A stretch of DNA of 64,000 nt, taken from Octopus sinensis. Lineage: Eukaryota. The stretch is from NCBI RefSeq assembly GCF_006345805.1, contig NC_042998.1, positions 153,388,001 through 153,452,000 on the forward strand, written 5' to 3'. Position numbers and translations under genes: made by a program. Shown here piece after piece: positions 46,593 to 60,217 of this stretch. Below the pieces are notes generated by a model. That model made no database searches. It saw only the letters and a program-made list of their open reading frames with translations, and was not told the origin of the DNA. Positions within the stretch are counted from its first letter, which is position 1; each line of letters opens with the position of its first letter.

Positions 46593-47854
46593 ATTTCTTT
46601 TTAAATTTTAACCTGAAGAAGAGGGTTAAATGCTTGTGAGAACTCTACAACACTTTTGAGTTTGAGGAAGTTGATGTTCATCTTGAATTTTTCTGGATTG
46701 ATGTTTAAAGGGAAAATGTGGGTTGTGATGGAGTTTCTGATTCTAAGATTAAAGGTTTAGGGCTGAAACACAAGAATAAGGGAAGAATAAAAATGGCTAA
46801 ATCAGGGGCTATACTGGTAGTTGACAGCAGTAAGAACCATAAATAAGACTAAGATAAAATAATGTGCACTAGTGTATGGTAGGGATCATTTGTCAGTCAG
46901 TTAGATAGCCATTCTTTATTATATGACATGTGCATATGTGTGTACATGTGTGTGAGAGAAGAGAAAGAGACAGAATCTTTATAACCTCTTTTCCCCGAAA
47001 TTGATGTGACTGATAGTTGAACATGAAAAGGACAGATTAGGGACTCCATGCAGATGATGGTAGGAGGAAAAAGTTGGCTAGAGGTGGTGGGCAGCTGATT
47101 ACTTCAAAGGAGCAGTGGCTATTGTAATAGTAGTAGAATAAATTTAGTGAAAAGATTGCAGGACCAAAGGCCAGTTAATTAAATGGCCTTCTTTTAGCTA
47201 CTATGTAAGATATTTATATGTAGTATCATCATCATCATCTTAGATGTGAGTTTTGTAGAGTGTCTGTAACTTGGGATGTAGGTTTGGTAATATGGATTTG
47301 TGTGTGTTGTCCAAGAGGAGCTGGAGTATTGAATTGGTTCTTTGATATATGCAGTGATAGTGAATAGAAATCCAGCTGTCATCTCCCTATTGAAGATTGA
47401 CGAGTAGAGAGAGAATATAATGTGGCATGTTGCCATAATAGAAAAACTGGCTGTATATTGGAATTGTAGATAGAGGTTACATTGTTGTCTCCTCAACAGA
47501 ATGACATTTTAAAGGTTTTAGTTCTTGAAAGTAGGAGGTTGAGTGAAGAATATATTTCTTGCCTGTGCTGGGTGTTTGTCTGTCTCCAGTCCAGGGATAT
47601 TTTCAGAGAATCCAGCTCAGCCTTTGGTGTATTTACCTGACATCATATCTACATATCTAACATCAGAACTACCTAATCATATCAATTTTATTCACAAATG
47701 CTATACGTGTGTGGTATATGGTATATGGTAGCTTTCATTTTTCAGCCAGCATCACCCTACAGTTTAGGCCTACACATTGAATTACTGTTGCTGCTTGAGG
47801 ATTTATCTGTGATCACACATTTCAGTCATTAATGTTAAATAGTAACTTGCTCAT

Positions 47855-48340
47855 AGTCATCATCCTCATCATTGTTTAATGTCTGTTTCCATGCTGGCAT
47901 GGGTTGGACAGTTTGACTGAGGTCTGGAAAGCCAGTGGCTGCACTAGGCTCCAATCTGATCTGGCAATATTTCTACAGCTGGATGCCCTTCCTAACGCCA
48001 ACTACTCTGAGCGTAGTGACATCGATCATGTTTGGATGGTGCCTTTTATGTGCGACCGGCACAGGATCTGGCATCAACCATGTTCGGATGATACTTTTTA
48101 CATTCCACTGGCACGGAAGCCAGTCAGAGGGCACTAGCATTGGCCACATTCGGATGGTGCTTTTTATGTGCCACCAGAATGGGAGCCAGTCAGGGGGCAC
48201 TGGCCACAGCTACAATTTTGGTTTTACTCAACTCAACAGGCATTCTGAAGCATATCATATCACCCAATGCATCAAGAGTACTTTTAAATGGGCCGGATAT
48301 GCAACACTGACATCGGCCATGGCTGCGATTTTACTTTAGT
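47855..48340 (-). mobile_element. Diverged RTE 3'-UTR copy
   Basis: Reverse-complement tail motifs CATGCTGGCATGGGTTGG, GGATGCCCTTCCTAACGCC and GTGCTTTTTATGTGCCACC. Confidence 0.75.
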
Positions 48341-48826
48341 TGCTGGATCTTCTCAATCACAGCATATCTCCAAAGCTATTGGTCTCCTGGGTATGACTCC
48401 TACCTGATTTATGATGCAAGTGACAAGACTATAACCCACACCGCCCGATATTTTAAGCCTGCCCGAACCAGATTGCTGTCTGAATACTGAAGCTTGACCA
48501 TGAGTGGTTGTAGAAATTGTAACAATAATAATAACAACATCAGTTTTAATTGTTATTGCTGTTGTTAGCGGGTATCCATGATTATACAAACATATTTATG
48601 ACATTGAAAAATCTGAAGAAGAGCTGTTTGTAGGACTTGTATTCTGAATGGAGAAAATTGTGATCTGTTCTGAAGTAAAATTACTTATTAAAGCTACCAT
48701 TGTAGATTCATCTTGCTTAGAGCTCCCCCCACCATCACTTCCACCTTTATGTAGATTATTAGGCCACCCATTCACACTGTCTTCTATTCTTCTATGCCTG
48801 ACTTAATTTTCTCTCCATTATTTCAG

Positions 48827-48943
48827 AAAAATATATGTTGGAATAATTACTTCTCCATTGGTGTTGATGCTCTTGTTGCTTTGAATTTTCATCGCCAACG
48901 AGAATCATGGCCGACCCTTTTATCAAACCGCATCATCAATAAG
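48827..48943 (+). CDS. DGKE: DGKE coding exon 5 (accessory domain)
   Basis: TTTCAG|[39 protein letters not shown]|GTAAAT. 117 nt, phase 0-0. Confidence 0.93.
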
Positions 48944-49649
48944 GTAAATGCCATTACTTCTTTGAATTTCCTGACTTTATATTTGTTTTAATTAGTTTAC
49001 TATAATGGGAGAATTATATCCCACCCCACAAGACCAATTTGTAGTTACCTTCCATCATTGGAAGATTTTCCATTTACCACTTTTAAACTAAATATTTAAA
49101 AAATACATAACTCTGGCAAGCAAACTTTTTGATAGGTTGCTAAATGACAACATATCTAGAATCTGTAATTTCCTGAATGGTGTACTACAAGAATCGGTTC
49201 ACTTGCCTGCTCATTTTAACTTATTCTTCCACAGCTCACAAAATGATACACATAACCTTATTCTCAGATATCTGTTATCTCCTTCCAGCTTTCCCTTGTC
49301 AACATCCTACAAACTTAGATCCAAAGAAATAGACTGAAAGCACAATGACATGGATTTTTTCTTAATATGTTCAGGCAGACTACAAGTAGCACCTAGTCAC
49401 TCCCCTGTCTCTACACATAAACCAACAAAATAGCCTCTAAATGGCCACACAACATGCTAGCAATAACATTAAACTCCCTCTTTACAAAAATCTATCCTAA
49501 TCTTCGGCTATACACTACAGTGCTATTCTCAAAAGAGGTAAACTCTCTAACTCTTAATCAATCACCTTCAGATTCAACATCTGATCAGTAAAGGAACCAG
49601 TCATTACATTCTCCATCCCCAGTATGGCTTCCATAAAACCAGATTTACT

Positions 49650-50450
49650 CCTCTTTGTCATTCACGAGTAAACTGTTATCCCCCAGGAAATTTCGTGAAA
49701 ACAACGTTGTTATGCTTGACTTCAACAAAATTTTTGATAAAAGCAGAAATCATCTGAAAACTGTCTACCTATGTGTTCCAGCCATCTTTCATTTCTAAAA
49801 TCAGTGACTTTTTGTGGATTACTTTATCACAGTATGTACTAATGAAGTTCTCTGTTACACACAATCTATCATCTTTGGTCTGCCCCAAGGTTCACTTATG
49901 TTTCTAATACATTTCCTCCCATACATCAATAACCTCCTTGTCATCATTTCCAATAATAGCAATAAAATTTGTCATTCATTTCTCCCTAACTTTCCCATAT
50001 GCAACCTAAACATTTCATGCCATCGTTAATTGACTCCATGAATAGAGACCTCACTGACTTTTTTATAACAGTGTCATGTCAACCTTGTTTTCTTCAGCAT
50101 AAGAAAGACATACTCACTTCCTACATTAAACAACTTCTCTTACAAACATTGTCTTTTTTGTTCAGGGCCAGAAAAGTTCAGGACTATTTACTGACTGTTG
50201 CTGCATCATATATTGACATCTTTGATTGAATTCCAAAGAATAGCTATTCAACTAATTGATATGAAGCTGCTCACTCACCAGTATACTTCAAACCCTGCCA
50301 GCCCATATTCACTCTGCCCCCCTCCCCTCATTATGACCTCTCTTTTGTTCCACTTACCCCACTTGTATCTCCTCCTCTTGTCGCCCATTGTGTCCCTCAC
50401 TTTCACCAATCTTGAAATTTGTTATTGCTATATTAATCTTTACATCACTG
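49650..50450 (+). mobile_element. Highly degenerate CR1/L2-like RT fragment
   Basis: LDFNKIFD and GLPQGS...FLPYINNL-like motifs. Confidence 0.45.
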
Positions 50451-50948
50451 TATTATCATCATCAGATTTATGAACATAGTTCTCTGCTAACATGGGTTGA
50501 CTAATTCTACAATACAGCAGCTTCTACCACTTAATACTGAAGTGAATCAAGGACTCCTCCACAGTTGCTTGACATGCAAGAAATTGCAGCCAAATTTCCT
50601 TCAAACGTAGTCCTAGATACACTAAGCATGAAAAGAACAGATGGGATAGCTAGTGGTGGAATTCTTGTTATTTTAGATTTGCTTTATCTGAGCTGATGAC
50701 AGAAGTAACAGATCTCATGTTGGTTCTGTCAACATATGCTGTTTTTAATGCATCTCTCTCTCTCTCTCTCTCTCTCTCATTATATATATATGTGTGTGTG
50801 TATATATATATAAATAAAAGCGGTTTTAGTATCAAGAAGATCCAAAAGGCAGGTAAGGCTATGTAAGTGCTACAAAAGGACTGCTGTTAGACTCCTGGTT
50901 CAATAATAGGATACGTGAGGAGTCTAATATGGGTCGTGTGTGAGCATA

Positions 50949-51333
50949 TCTCTCTCTATATAAACGGCAGTTTGTCTGTGTGTGTTTCTGTGTGTCTGTT
51001 AGGTTGTACCCTCAACCGGACCACGGCTTTCAACCGATTCTGATGAAACTTGACACACACATAGCCCAATGTCATAATTCAAAACTAACGCAGCGAAAAT
51101 TTTGAAAAGTTCCCCCAGTTCTGAAAAAAATCGATAAATTCGACATGGGGTCGAGAATCAGAAACCCAAACCACAGACCGTCTAGGGGACGCAACTCCAC
51201 CTTTTTTAACTCTCAAAAAAAATTTACCATCATTTTTTTTCCATTTTTTTGCTATTTTTTGGCTATAACTCTCTAAAAATGCTTTATAATTATTTCCCTT
51301 ACAAACCTGAGCAACGCCGGGCGATACTGCTAG
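50949..51333 (+). mobile_element. Non-autonomous Helitron-like element
   Basis: A|TC start; 3' hairpin CCTGAGCAACGCCGGG followed by CTAG|T at 51330-51334. Confidence 0.7.
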
Positions 51334-51404
51334 TGTTAAATAAAATGAGACAACAAAGCCAAGGCAGTGTGAAATTTCTAGGACATTTTATAAAGAGAAA
51401 GGTA

Positions 51405-51452
51405 GTCTTACAGCTGTTTCAGGGATATAAATGATATCCTATCATCAGAGAC
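51405..51452 (-). ncRNA. Minimal type I hammerhead ribozyme motif (Penelope-associated)
   Basis: Minus strand reads GTCT-CTGATGA-TAGGATAT(CATTT)ATATCCCT-GAAA-CAGCT-GTA-AGAC. Stem I is GTCT/AGAC and stem III is the palindrome ACAGCTGT. Confidence 0.65.
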
Positions 51453-51543
51453 GATATGAGAGAGTTAAATAGAAGGAATTAGAGTGCAATATAAGAAGTA
51501 ATTTTGGAAAGGGAGAGATATAGGAAGTATAAAGGGAAATATA

Positions 51544-52810
51544 CGAGGGGCGTTCAATAAGTAATGCCCCTGACCCACTTGCAGTTGTTTGATCTAGCTG
51601 AAATTTTGCATGTGCACTTATTTATACCTCTATAGATTAAGCGAATTACAGCTCTGAACTAATTGTGGTTTCTGATTTACAGGTGTTTGAACTGAGTCAA
51701 GTGTGAAATAGAACCTGTTGAGTGTCGAACAGTGATCTGGTTTTTGTATTTGAAAGGATGCACACCATGGGAGACTTTTGATGAAATGAAAGTAACTTAT
51801 GGTGATGATGCCCCATCATATGACCTTGTAAAACGCTGGCATTGTGAATTCAAACATAGTCGGAACTCTGTGGAAACAGCTCCCAGATCTGGTCGCCCCC
51901 TTCTGCCGTTGATGAGACGTCTGTCCGTCAAGTTGAGGCTGCCATTTTGGAAGGTCAATGCATAACTATTCGCCAAATAGCCCATAAGGTCAAGATTAGT
52001 ACCGGGTCTGTGGAAACTATCATTCATGACCATTTGCATATGCAAAAGGTGTCTGCCAGATGGATTTCCAGGTTGCTCACACCTTTCCAGAAGCAAGAAC
52101 GCGTTGAGTGCTCGAGGATGAATTTGGAGATGTGCCAAGAAGATGAGTCAAAATTTTTCAAAAGACTGATCACACAGGATAAAACCTGGGTCCATCACTA
52201 TGATCCATAGACCAAAGCCCAGTCAATGCAGTGAAAGCACCGTGACTCACCTCCTCCAAAGAAGGCAAATGTGCAGGCCTCCGCTGACAAGGTTATGCTC
52301 ACAGTCTTCTGGGACCAGGACGGAGTAGTGATGACAGATTTCCTGGCAAAGGGTACCACAATTACAGGAGCCTATTATGCTTCACTTTTGATGAAATTAA
52401 GAGAAGCTATCAAAATCAAGAGGCGGGGCAAGATCAGCAAAGGCATCCTCCTCCTGCAGGACCACGCTCTGGTCCACAACTCGCGTGTCGCCAGATCAGA
52501 AGCACAGGTGTGCAGCTATGAACTCCTCCCCTTGCACCCTCTGATTTTCACCTCTTCCCAGCCATGAAGTTGATTTTGAAAGGAAAGCGTTTCCCAGATG
52601 ATGCAGCCTTGATTTCTGAAGTCACCTCGTGGTTGGAGGACCAAGCTGGGGTCTTCTACAAAAACGGTCTCCAGAGCTGTATCAAACGACGGGAGAAATG
52701 CATAACTCTTGGTAGTTCCTATGTAGGAAAAGACTAACAACTGTGCCAATTGTCGTTGCTCTACTGCTATGGGAAGTGGGTCAGGGGCATTACTTATTGA
52801 ACGCCCCTCG
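51544..52810 (+). mobile_element. mariner-family DNA transposon with pseudogenised transposase
   Basis: Perfect 37-bp TIR CGAGGGGCGTTCAATAAGTAATGCCCCTGACCCACTT with TA TSD. WISRLL, ITQDKTWVHHYDP and KVMLTVFWD motifs, with stops. Confidence 0.93.
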
Positions 52811-54999
52811 TAAGAATAAAAATATATGTTGGATGTTAAACTTGCAGTTCCATTATCCAAGAAATGTGTTGTGTAGAATGGGTAAAAAGGTTTCTTGTCT
52901 ATGGTATGTAAGTTCCGATAGTAGTTCATGTTTTGTTATTACAAAATGGATAGTATGCCGGTGTTAATTCCATGTGGTGTTCATTCAAAGGGATCTTGTA
53001 GTGTAAATGAAATTTTGAGAATAGAATAGATAAGTATTTTAGAAAGAAGAAAATTGGTATTGGTCTAAAGGATTGGAGGAGGAAAGAGGAAGAGAAAATG
53101 AACAAGGAGTGCTAGATGGTGGTCAGGATATTGTTGGAGGGTGGGAGGAGAGCTATCAGTAGATAAAAGGAATGAGAGGAGGGATAGAAGGAAGAAATAA
53201 GAATGTAAGGAAGGAATATGTGTGAGAAGTGGGAGGTGGGGCAATATGTTTGACAGGCATTAAGCTAGAGGAATAGATAAAGAATGTGGTATGGAGGGGA
53301 GTACTAAAAGTGAGTAGGAAACCTAAAAAAGGAAGGGAAGAATAAGAAAATATAATGGTCAAGTTTCTAAAAATAGATGTAGGCATTTATATGAGGTCAA
53401 AGATTGTACTAGCTTAAGTGATAGTGGGGACTGATAAATCAGTGAGAGGAAGAAAAATATGTATATAGAAGTGCACATGCACACATATAAATGTGTATAT
53501 GCAGTACTATATAGGACCACATACACATATAACTTCCATTACATTTAGCTTCCATTAACTTGAGTCCATTAACCCAAAAATTTCATAAAAACCGGTAAAT
53601 GTTTAAAACTTTCTATTGCTTTCATATTTTCTTAGCATATTTAATATTGTACCTGTCATTCTTTCAACCCCGATATAATGTCACTTATTATTATAATATA
53701 TTAAACATTGCATACATTCCTTTGATATTCTAGCATTTGCATAACCAAATTATATTTTCAATATTGTAAGATACAATTTGTTAATTAGATACATGTTTTG
53801 TAATAATTTCAAATATTTATATTGTTTAAGATTTTAGGTGATAGCATCTCAGAAACTTCAATCTGTTGATATCATTGAGGTTGAAACTGCCAGTGTCGCT
53901 ATAAAATCAGTAAAGAATCCACTGACAAAATTTCAAATCTGTATGTAAAAAAATTTACAAAGTTACAAGTAAATATTGTGGACACCCCTATTGAACCTGA
54001 ATAATTCAAAATAACGTGAACAAATAAGCCTTACATTTGACAGATTAATATGAACATTAAATCGTTTTTAGGTGTTTTTTTTCCTTACACACACACACAC
54101 ACACATAACATGGCCTCATTTGGTTGGGACTACACGTGTGTTACTTTGACATCATCATTCCATAAAATTTGTTTATGTGAAGAAAAATATTGAAAAATAT
54201 CAATAGATGTGTGAGTAAGAAAGAAAATAGGAGGGAGGTTTGGGGATGTGCTAGAACCAACAGCCAAATCTCCCTTAAATCACACATTTTCCCCTGAAAT
54301 CATTAACAGTTTTTATAAAACCAAAAATGTTTCTCTCATGGGTTTTAAGTGTATAGCAGAAAAAAAATAGCCAAAATCATTTCAGACTGGAGTGGTAAGG
54401 GGGTCGTGAGAGTGAAAAAAAAATTTCTTAGTGTTTTCTTTTTTTTTTGTGAAAAGATGCTTCCCATCATTCTGAAGATTTTGGTGTAAAACATTGGAAA
54501 GAATCCCTGTCAAAACAGAAATTCCAACTTATGTGGGCTGTCTGATGCAAAACTCCATTTTTCAGAAATACTTCCCACATGCCCCCTTCCAAAAATTTTG
54601 CCTACAAATTTCTTTGTAATCATAATGTATTTGTATAAAATTTCATTAAAACATACCTATTTTCCAGAAAGTAATGAGGGGGAAAATGTTGGGTCCTGTG
54701 AATTTTCCGAAACTCCTCTCCCCAACCCCTTGGAAAACTTTTCCAATAAATTTTTACATACACTCAATCTGCAAGATATAAGTGATTATTTGGTGGAAGT
54801 TTTGTTAAAATGTATCCATTTTTCTGGAAGTTATGAAGCAACAAAGTTGGTGGTGTATTAAACTGTAATTATTCCTTTTTTTTCAATAAAATTTAACATT
54901 AATGGATTAACATTAGCTTCTGTTATATTTTCAAAAAATTAACAGGTTAACAAAGTTACTTTTTCGATTAACGGTGCCCAACTCTGCATATATACTGGA

Positions 55000-55985
55000 C
55001 TTATTACCCAGCATTGCCCGGTAAAGTATTCATGGAATTGTTTGTCAGTTTGTCAGAGGGTAGATTGGTTTATGTTATTAACATTATTATTATTGTTGTT
55101 GTTATTATTATTTCTTTTGCTGTTATTTTTTATCCTATCTAGAGTACGAGTATTCTGGATCATGTTAGTAGGATTGGTTGGGTTTTCATTAAGGTGTAAA
55201 GTATTGGGTTTGATATTGGAGCTATGTATGTGTTGGGCGCTCATGTATTCAGAGTTATTTCAGTGTATATTTTGATAATAGAGAAAGTTTTCGTCTATTA
55301 GAAGCTGTTACAACAGACTCAAAGTTGGGCAGGAAAGAGTGGGCTAGCTTTAAAGTAGATCATTTAAAGACAGTAATTATGTTGATGAGGGAAGTTGGAG
55401 TCTAATATATTAAAAAAGGATTTGACTAAGTTCTTAATATTCAATGAGAAGAGGGGTGTATACCATAGAATAGAGCGTCCACTTCTTTTTTTGTTTGCTT
55501 GTGGGTAGTCTGACCTGTATTTTAGAAATTGGAGTGAGGTTATATAGCCCGTTATTATTAGCTGTTTTAGCTTTTGACCTAGTGTTATAGGTGTGCATGT
55601 GGGGTCTAAGCTGTCTTAATCTATGTTCTGGTATAGTGCGTGTATGGTCTGTTATGATGGTTAGCATGTCATGGTGATATGACTTGAGATATATATTGCT
55701 TGAGCTTAGTATTAGAGATGTATTTTATTTACTGGGGGAAGCTACTGGAAGCAAGCGCCTGGTTGTAGTAAGGTGCATGGTTATTGAATATTTCTTCAGT
55801 GATTGAGTGGTCAGATATATGAATCAAAATATCCTTTGGGGAGTATTGAGAGGTTTCTAAGTTTAAAGTAATGTCTAAAAAATTAGCAGTTTTATGCGAA
55901 TTCTCAAAAGTAATGGATAGGTTAAGGTTGGAGAAGAATTTGTGTAGATTTTTCCTAATTCATTCTAAAGAAGATTTACTGCTCT
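55000..55985 (-). mobile_element. Degenerate Penelope-like element, RT C-terminal region
   Basis: Minus-strand NLSITFENSHKTANFLDITLNL, FNNHAPYYNQALASS and STLKLAHSFLPNFESVV motifs. Confidence 0.7.
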
Positions 55986-56049
55986 CTTGAAATTTCACTC
56001 TGCCTTGGCTTTGTTGTCTCATTTTATTTAACATTATATATATATAATG

Positions 56050-56410
56050 TGAAAGCACATGGATCAGTGGTTAGAGCATCAAGCTTATGATTGTGAGGTT
56101 GTGAGTTTGATTCCTGGATGAGGCTGCATGTTGTGTTCTTGAGCACAACACTTTATTTCATGTTTCTCCAGTTCACTCAGCTGTAGAAATGAGTTGCAAT
56201 GTCATTGGTGCCAAGCTGTATTGGCCTTTGCCTTTCCATTGGATAACATAGGTGGCATGGAGAGGGGAGGCTGGTATGCATGGGCGACTACTGGTCTTCC
56301 ATAAAAAAAAAAACAGCACTAGGTTGTGCATTCACCAGTGACGTGACTTTCTGCCCAGACTTGTACCTCAGAGGGGAACTTCTTAGGTGCACCCATGGCC
56401 ATTCATGACC
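56050..56410 (+). mobile_element. tRNA-headed SINE (second family; related copy at ~35520-35820)
   Basis: GGATCAGTGGTTAGAGC (A-box) and GAGTTTGATTCC (B-box) head; body shared with 35520-35820. Confidence 0.65.
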
Positions 56411-56454
56411 AATGGAGTCGAAAGTTTATATATAAGGATATATATATTCCTTTT

Positions 56455-56650
56455 CATGATCATCATCATCATTTTAATAGCCAATTTTCCATGCTTGCAT
56501 GATCTGGATGGAATTTACTCAAGTAGATTTTCTATGGCTAGATGCCTTCACTGTCGCCAAACCTCACCTGATTCCAAGCAAGGTAATATTTTCCCATGGC
56601 CAGATATGTTTCCACTGAATATTAGAAACTAATAACATTGCTTGTATGAC
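56455..56650 (-). mobile_element. Diverged RTE 3'-tail copy
   Basis: (ATC)n followed by TTTTCCATGCTTGCATG...TTTCTATGGCTAGATGCCTT. Confidence 0.6.
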
Positions 56651-56938
56651 AGTGACTCCCATTTATAACTATCATGTGATGGCAAGACAAGGGGACATAA
56701 ACATATATACACTCACACACATACATATATACATAAATCCAGAACCACGTGATTGAGAAGCAAGCTTCTTACCTAACAGACATGCCTGCACCTTTCCAGG
56801 ATATATATTATTTAACAGTTGACTGCAGACTAAAAGCAGACAACATTAATACAATTTTATAATTTTGCTATTCTCATGGACTCAAATCTCTTCCCTTAAG
56901 TCTCTAATTGCATTCTTTAACAATTCTGTTCTTTATAG

Positions 56939-57010
56939 GTGTGTTACTTCATGTATGGCACTAAAGATGTTTTGGAACGAGAATGCCATGATCTTCAAAA
57001 AAAATTAACA
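56939..57010 (+). CDS. DGKE: DGKE coding exon 6 (gene continues beyond window)
   Basis: TTTATAG|VCYFMYGTKDVLERECHDLQKKLT|GTAAGT. 72 nt; matches the YGTKD...EC motif. The expected next LDG...EG...LNI exon was not found before 64000. Confidence 0.92.
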
Positions 57011-57057
57011 GTAAGTATTCTTTAATGCTCAACAGATTATTATTATCATCGTCGTCA

Positions 57058-59940
57058 TCGTCAACAAATGACAGTAACCTTCTGTTTGTGGCTGGTGACT
57101 TCAATGGACATGTTGGGCAATGTCTAGGTGGCTTCCGTGGTGTGCATGGTGGCAATGGAGTTGGTTCCTGCAATGAAGAGGGAACCTGGCTGCTGGAGTT
57201 CTGTGATGCAAATGATGTTATGATCTGCAATACTAACTTCAGGAAACCTGCTTGTCACTTATTAACCTATAAATCTCGTGGGCACATTAGTCAGATGGAC
57301 TACATTCTTGCCAGAAAATAGGAAAGATGGTTGCTTATAAATGCCAAGACTTTCCCAGGTGAAGAATGCACCACTCAACATAGATTAGTAGTTAGCGACT
57401 TCAGAATCAAGGCTAGAAGTCTGCCTAGAAGACAACCAGTGTGAAAAAGAAAGGTCTGGAAGCTTAAGGATCCTCTGAATGGTCTGAGATTTAGAGACTT
57501 GTCACTTGAAGCATTTGATGAAACAGAGGAGGATATAGTGAAATATAACGTGAAGGACAACTGGAGGTTCCTACAGGACAACCTGCTGAGGGCCACAGAC
57601 CAAATTTGTGGCTAGCACAAAGTCCCTTCTCGACCTCAGGTGACATGATGGTAGAACAGTGTAGTTGTCAGGGCCATTAGGGAAAAGAAAAAGACCTGGG
57701 AGGACTGGAAGTGTAGTGATAGCAGAGAACTGTATCAGATAGCCAGAAGGGAAGCTATGTAGCCAGGGGAGAAGCAGAAAAGAAATTTTCCAATATTCTG
57801 TGACATGAGGACCAGAAACTTGATGTGTTTTAGATTGCAAAACAGTGTGTGAGAGAAAATTGTGATGTCATAGGATGATGGTTCACTTGCAGTTAGTGCT
57901 TCTGCAAAGAAGGAACCTTGGAAATGTCATTATGAAAGGCTGTTAAATGTAGAAAATGCATGGGAAAAGGAGAGTCTACATAATGTAGACTCAACAGAGG
58001 GACTAGCTATCCAAATTGACAGTAGCTTGGTAGATAAAGCAATTAAGAATATGAAAACAAGGAAAGCCCCCAGCCCATCAGGAATCACTGCTGATATGCT
58101 TAAAATATCTGGTGGAGTTGGATATGGCCTAGTCATCCATATAGTTAATGGGGTTGTCCATAAAGGAGTCATACCCAACGAGTGGTGTAGCAGCACCATA
58201 GTCAGCTGCTACAAAGGTAAAGATGATGCCTTAGGCAGAAATAATTACACAGAGATATCAAACTGCTGGACTAGGTAAGAAAGATACAGAGAGGGTTGTA
58301 GCTCAAATTAGGAAAAGAGTTAGATTAGATGAGATGTGGTTTGGTTTCGTGCCTAGGAGAGGCATAACTGATGCTATGTTCCTGATAAGGCAACTGCAGG
58401 AGGAGTATTTAGAAAAAAATAAACTTCTGTACTTGGCTTTTGTTGATATGGAGAAAGCTTTTGACAGGGTCCTCTGCTCCCTTATCTGGTGACCTATGTG
58501 GAAGCTAGGGATAGATGAGTGGTTAGTGAGAACTGCACAAGCCATGTACGGAGATGGTGTCAGTAAAGTGAAGGTTAGCAACAAGTATAGCAATGAATTT
58601 AAAGTACAGCTAGAAGTTCACCAAGCATCAGTTCTCAGCCCCATCTTTTTTATCATAGTCCTGCAGGCTATAACAGAAGATTTAAAGACTGGCTGCCCCT
58701 GGGATCTCCTCTACGCTGATGATTTTGTTCTTATAGCTGAATCAACACCTGACATAGAGAAGAAATTTTAAGTGTGGAAGCAAAGCCTGAAATTTAAGGG
58801 CCTTAGAGTTAATTTAGCAAAAACCAAAGTAAATAGGAAAACAGACAAGTCCCTTCAGGGAGATGACCCTGCTCAATATGTAAGAAGGGTATTGGTAGAA
58901 ACTCCATAAGTTATACCCAGTGCAAGCTTTGGACACATAAGAGGTATAGCAGTATCACAGGAAGGTTAACAGAGAAAATAGTCTTTGTGAATGGCAAATG
59001 TGTGGGCACAATAAGTACTGAAAATGTGCAGACAATAGACTGCCTCAAATGCTTGGAGTATCGTTAGAAGTAGTAGATAGCTTCTGTTATCTAGGCAACA
59101 AATTTAGTTGAGGAGGGGGAGTTCTGAAAGTGTAATTGTTAGAATAAGAATGGGCTGGGCAAAGTTCAGAGAGCTTATACCTTTGAAACTAAGGACCTCT
59201 CTCTCAGAATGAAAGGCAGATTGTACGATGCCTCTGTATGTACAGCTATGCTTCACAGCAGTGAAACATGGGCTGTGACCACAGAAGACTTGCAATGGCT
59301 TGAAAGAAATGAAGCTAGCATGCTCTGCTGGATGGGTTATGTCAGTGTGCACACAACAGAATGTAAATGATTTAAGAGGAAAACTGGATATAATAGGCAT
59401 CAGATGTTGTGTGCAAGAGAGAAGGCTGTGCTGGTTTGGTCATGTGATGTGTATGGATGAGGATAGCTGTGTAAAGGAGTGCTGATTTCTAATTATGGCA
59501 GAAACCTCTGGAAGAGGTAGACCCAGGAAGACATGGGACAAAATGGTGAGAAAGGATCTTTGAAAGCTGGACTTCACTGAGAAAATGATAAGGGACTGAG
59601 AGTTGTGGTAATTTACTGCACTTGAGAAGATGTGTCAAGCTAAGTAAAATCACAGTCATCCATACCTACAGGCATGTCCTTTACAGGTGCCAGCACCACA
59701 TAACATGCTCTTGTGTCAGGGCTCCATGAACACACCTATACTGGTGGCATGTAAAAAGCACCCAGCACACTCTGTAAAGTGGTTGGCATTAGGAAGGCCG
59801 TCTAGCCATAGAAACCATGCCACAACAGACAATTGGAGTCTGGACAGCTTTTCAGCTGGTCAGCTCCATGTCAAACCATGCAACCCATGCCAACATGGAA
59901 AACGGACATGAAGTTATTATTGTTGTTGTTGTTGTTGTTA
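57058..59940 (+). mobile_element. Older degenerate RTE LINE starting ~50 nt after the exon 6 donor
   Basis: Collinear with 10930-14047, with many stops. Confidence 0.9.
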
Positions 59941-60217
59941 TTGCTGCTGCTGCTGCTGCCATACTGTAAAATCACAGAAATTTGAAGTTCCGTAAGTTGA
60001 AATAGTGTTTGTAATCTTAATCTTTTTGGTCTTCTAAGATTCTGCGTTTTCATTTTTATTGCTACCATTGCATTTCTGAGATTGCCTGGACTGCACTGAT
60101 AGTATTTTTGTGTAGAAACATCCACTGTTTTGCAGGGGATGCACATAAGTTATTTTTAAAATTTTCACTACATTTAGCAAAAGCAAATATTTTACAATTT
60201 TCATTAATTATTTAAAG

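Noticed and set aside
48827-48850. Frameshift suspected at KNICWNNY (usual motif is MNNYF)
   Set aside because: Exon phase and length (117 nt, 0-0) are consistent and the downstream motif is intact. Treated as divergence.
53838-53945. Exon-like segment TTTTAG|VIASQKLQSVDIIEV... between DGKE exons 5 and 6
   Set aside because: No similarity to DGKE, whose exons 5 and 6 already join contiguously (RIINK-VCYFMYGTKD). It lies in repeat-like sequence.
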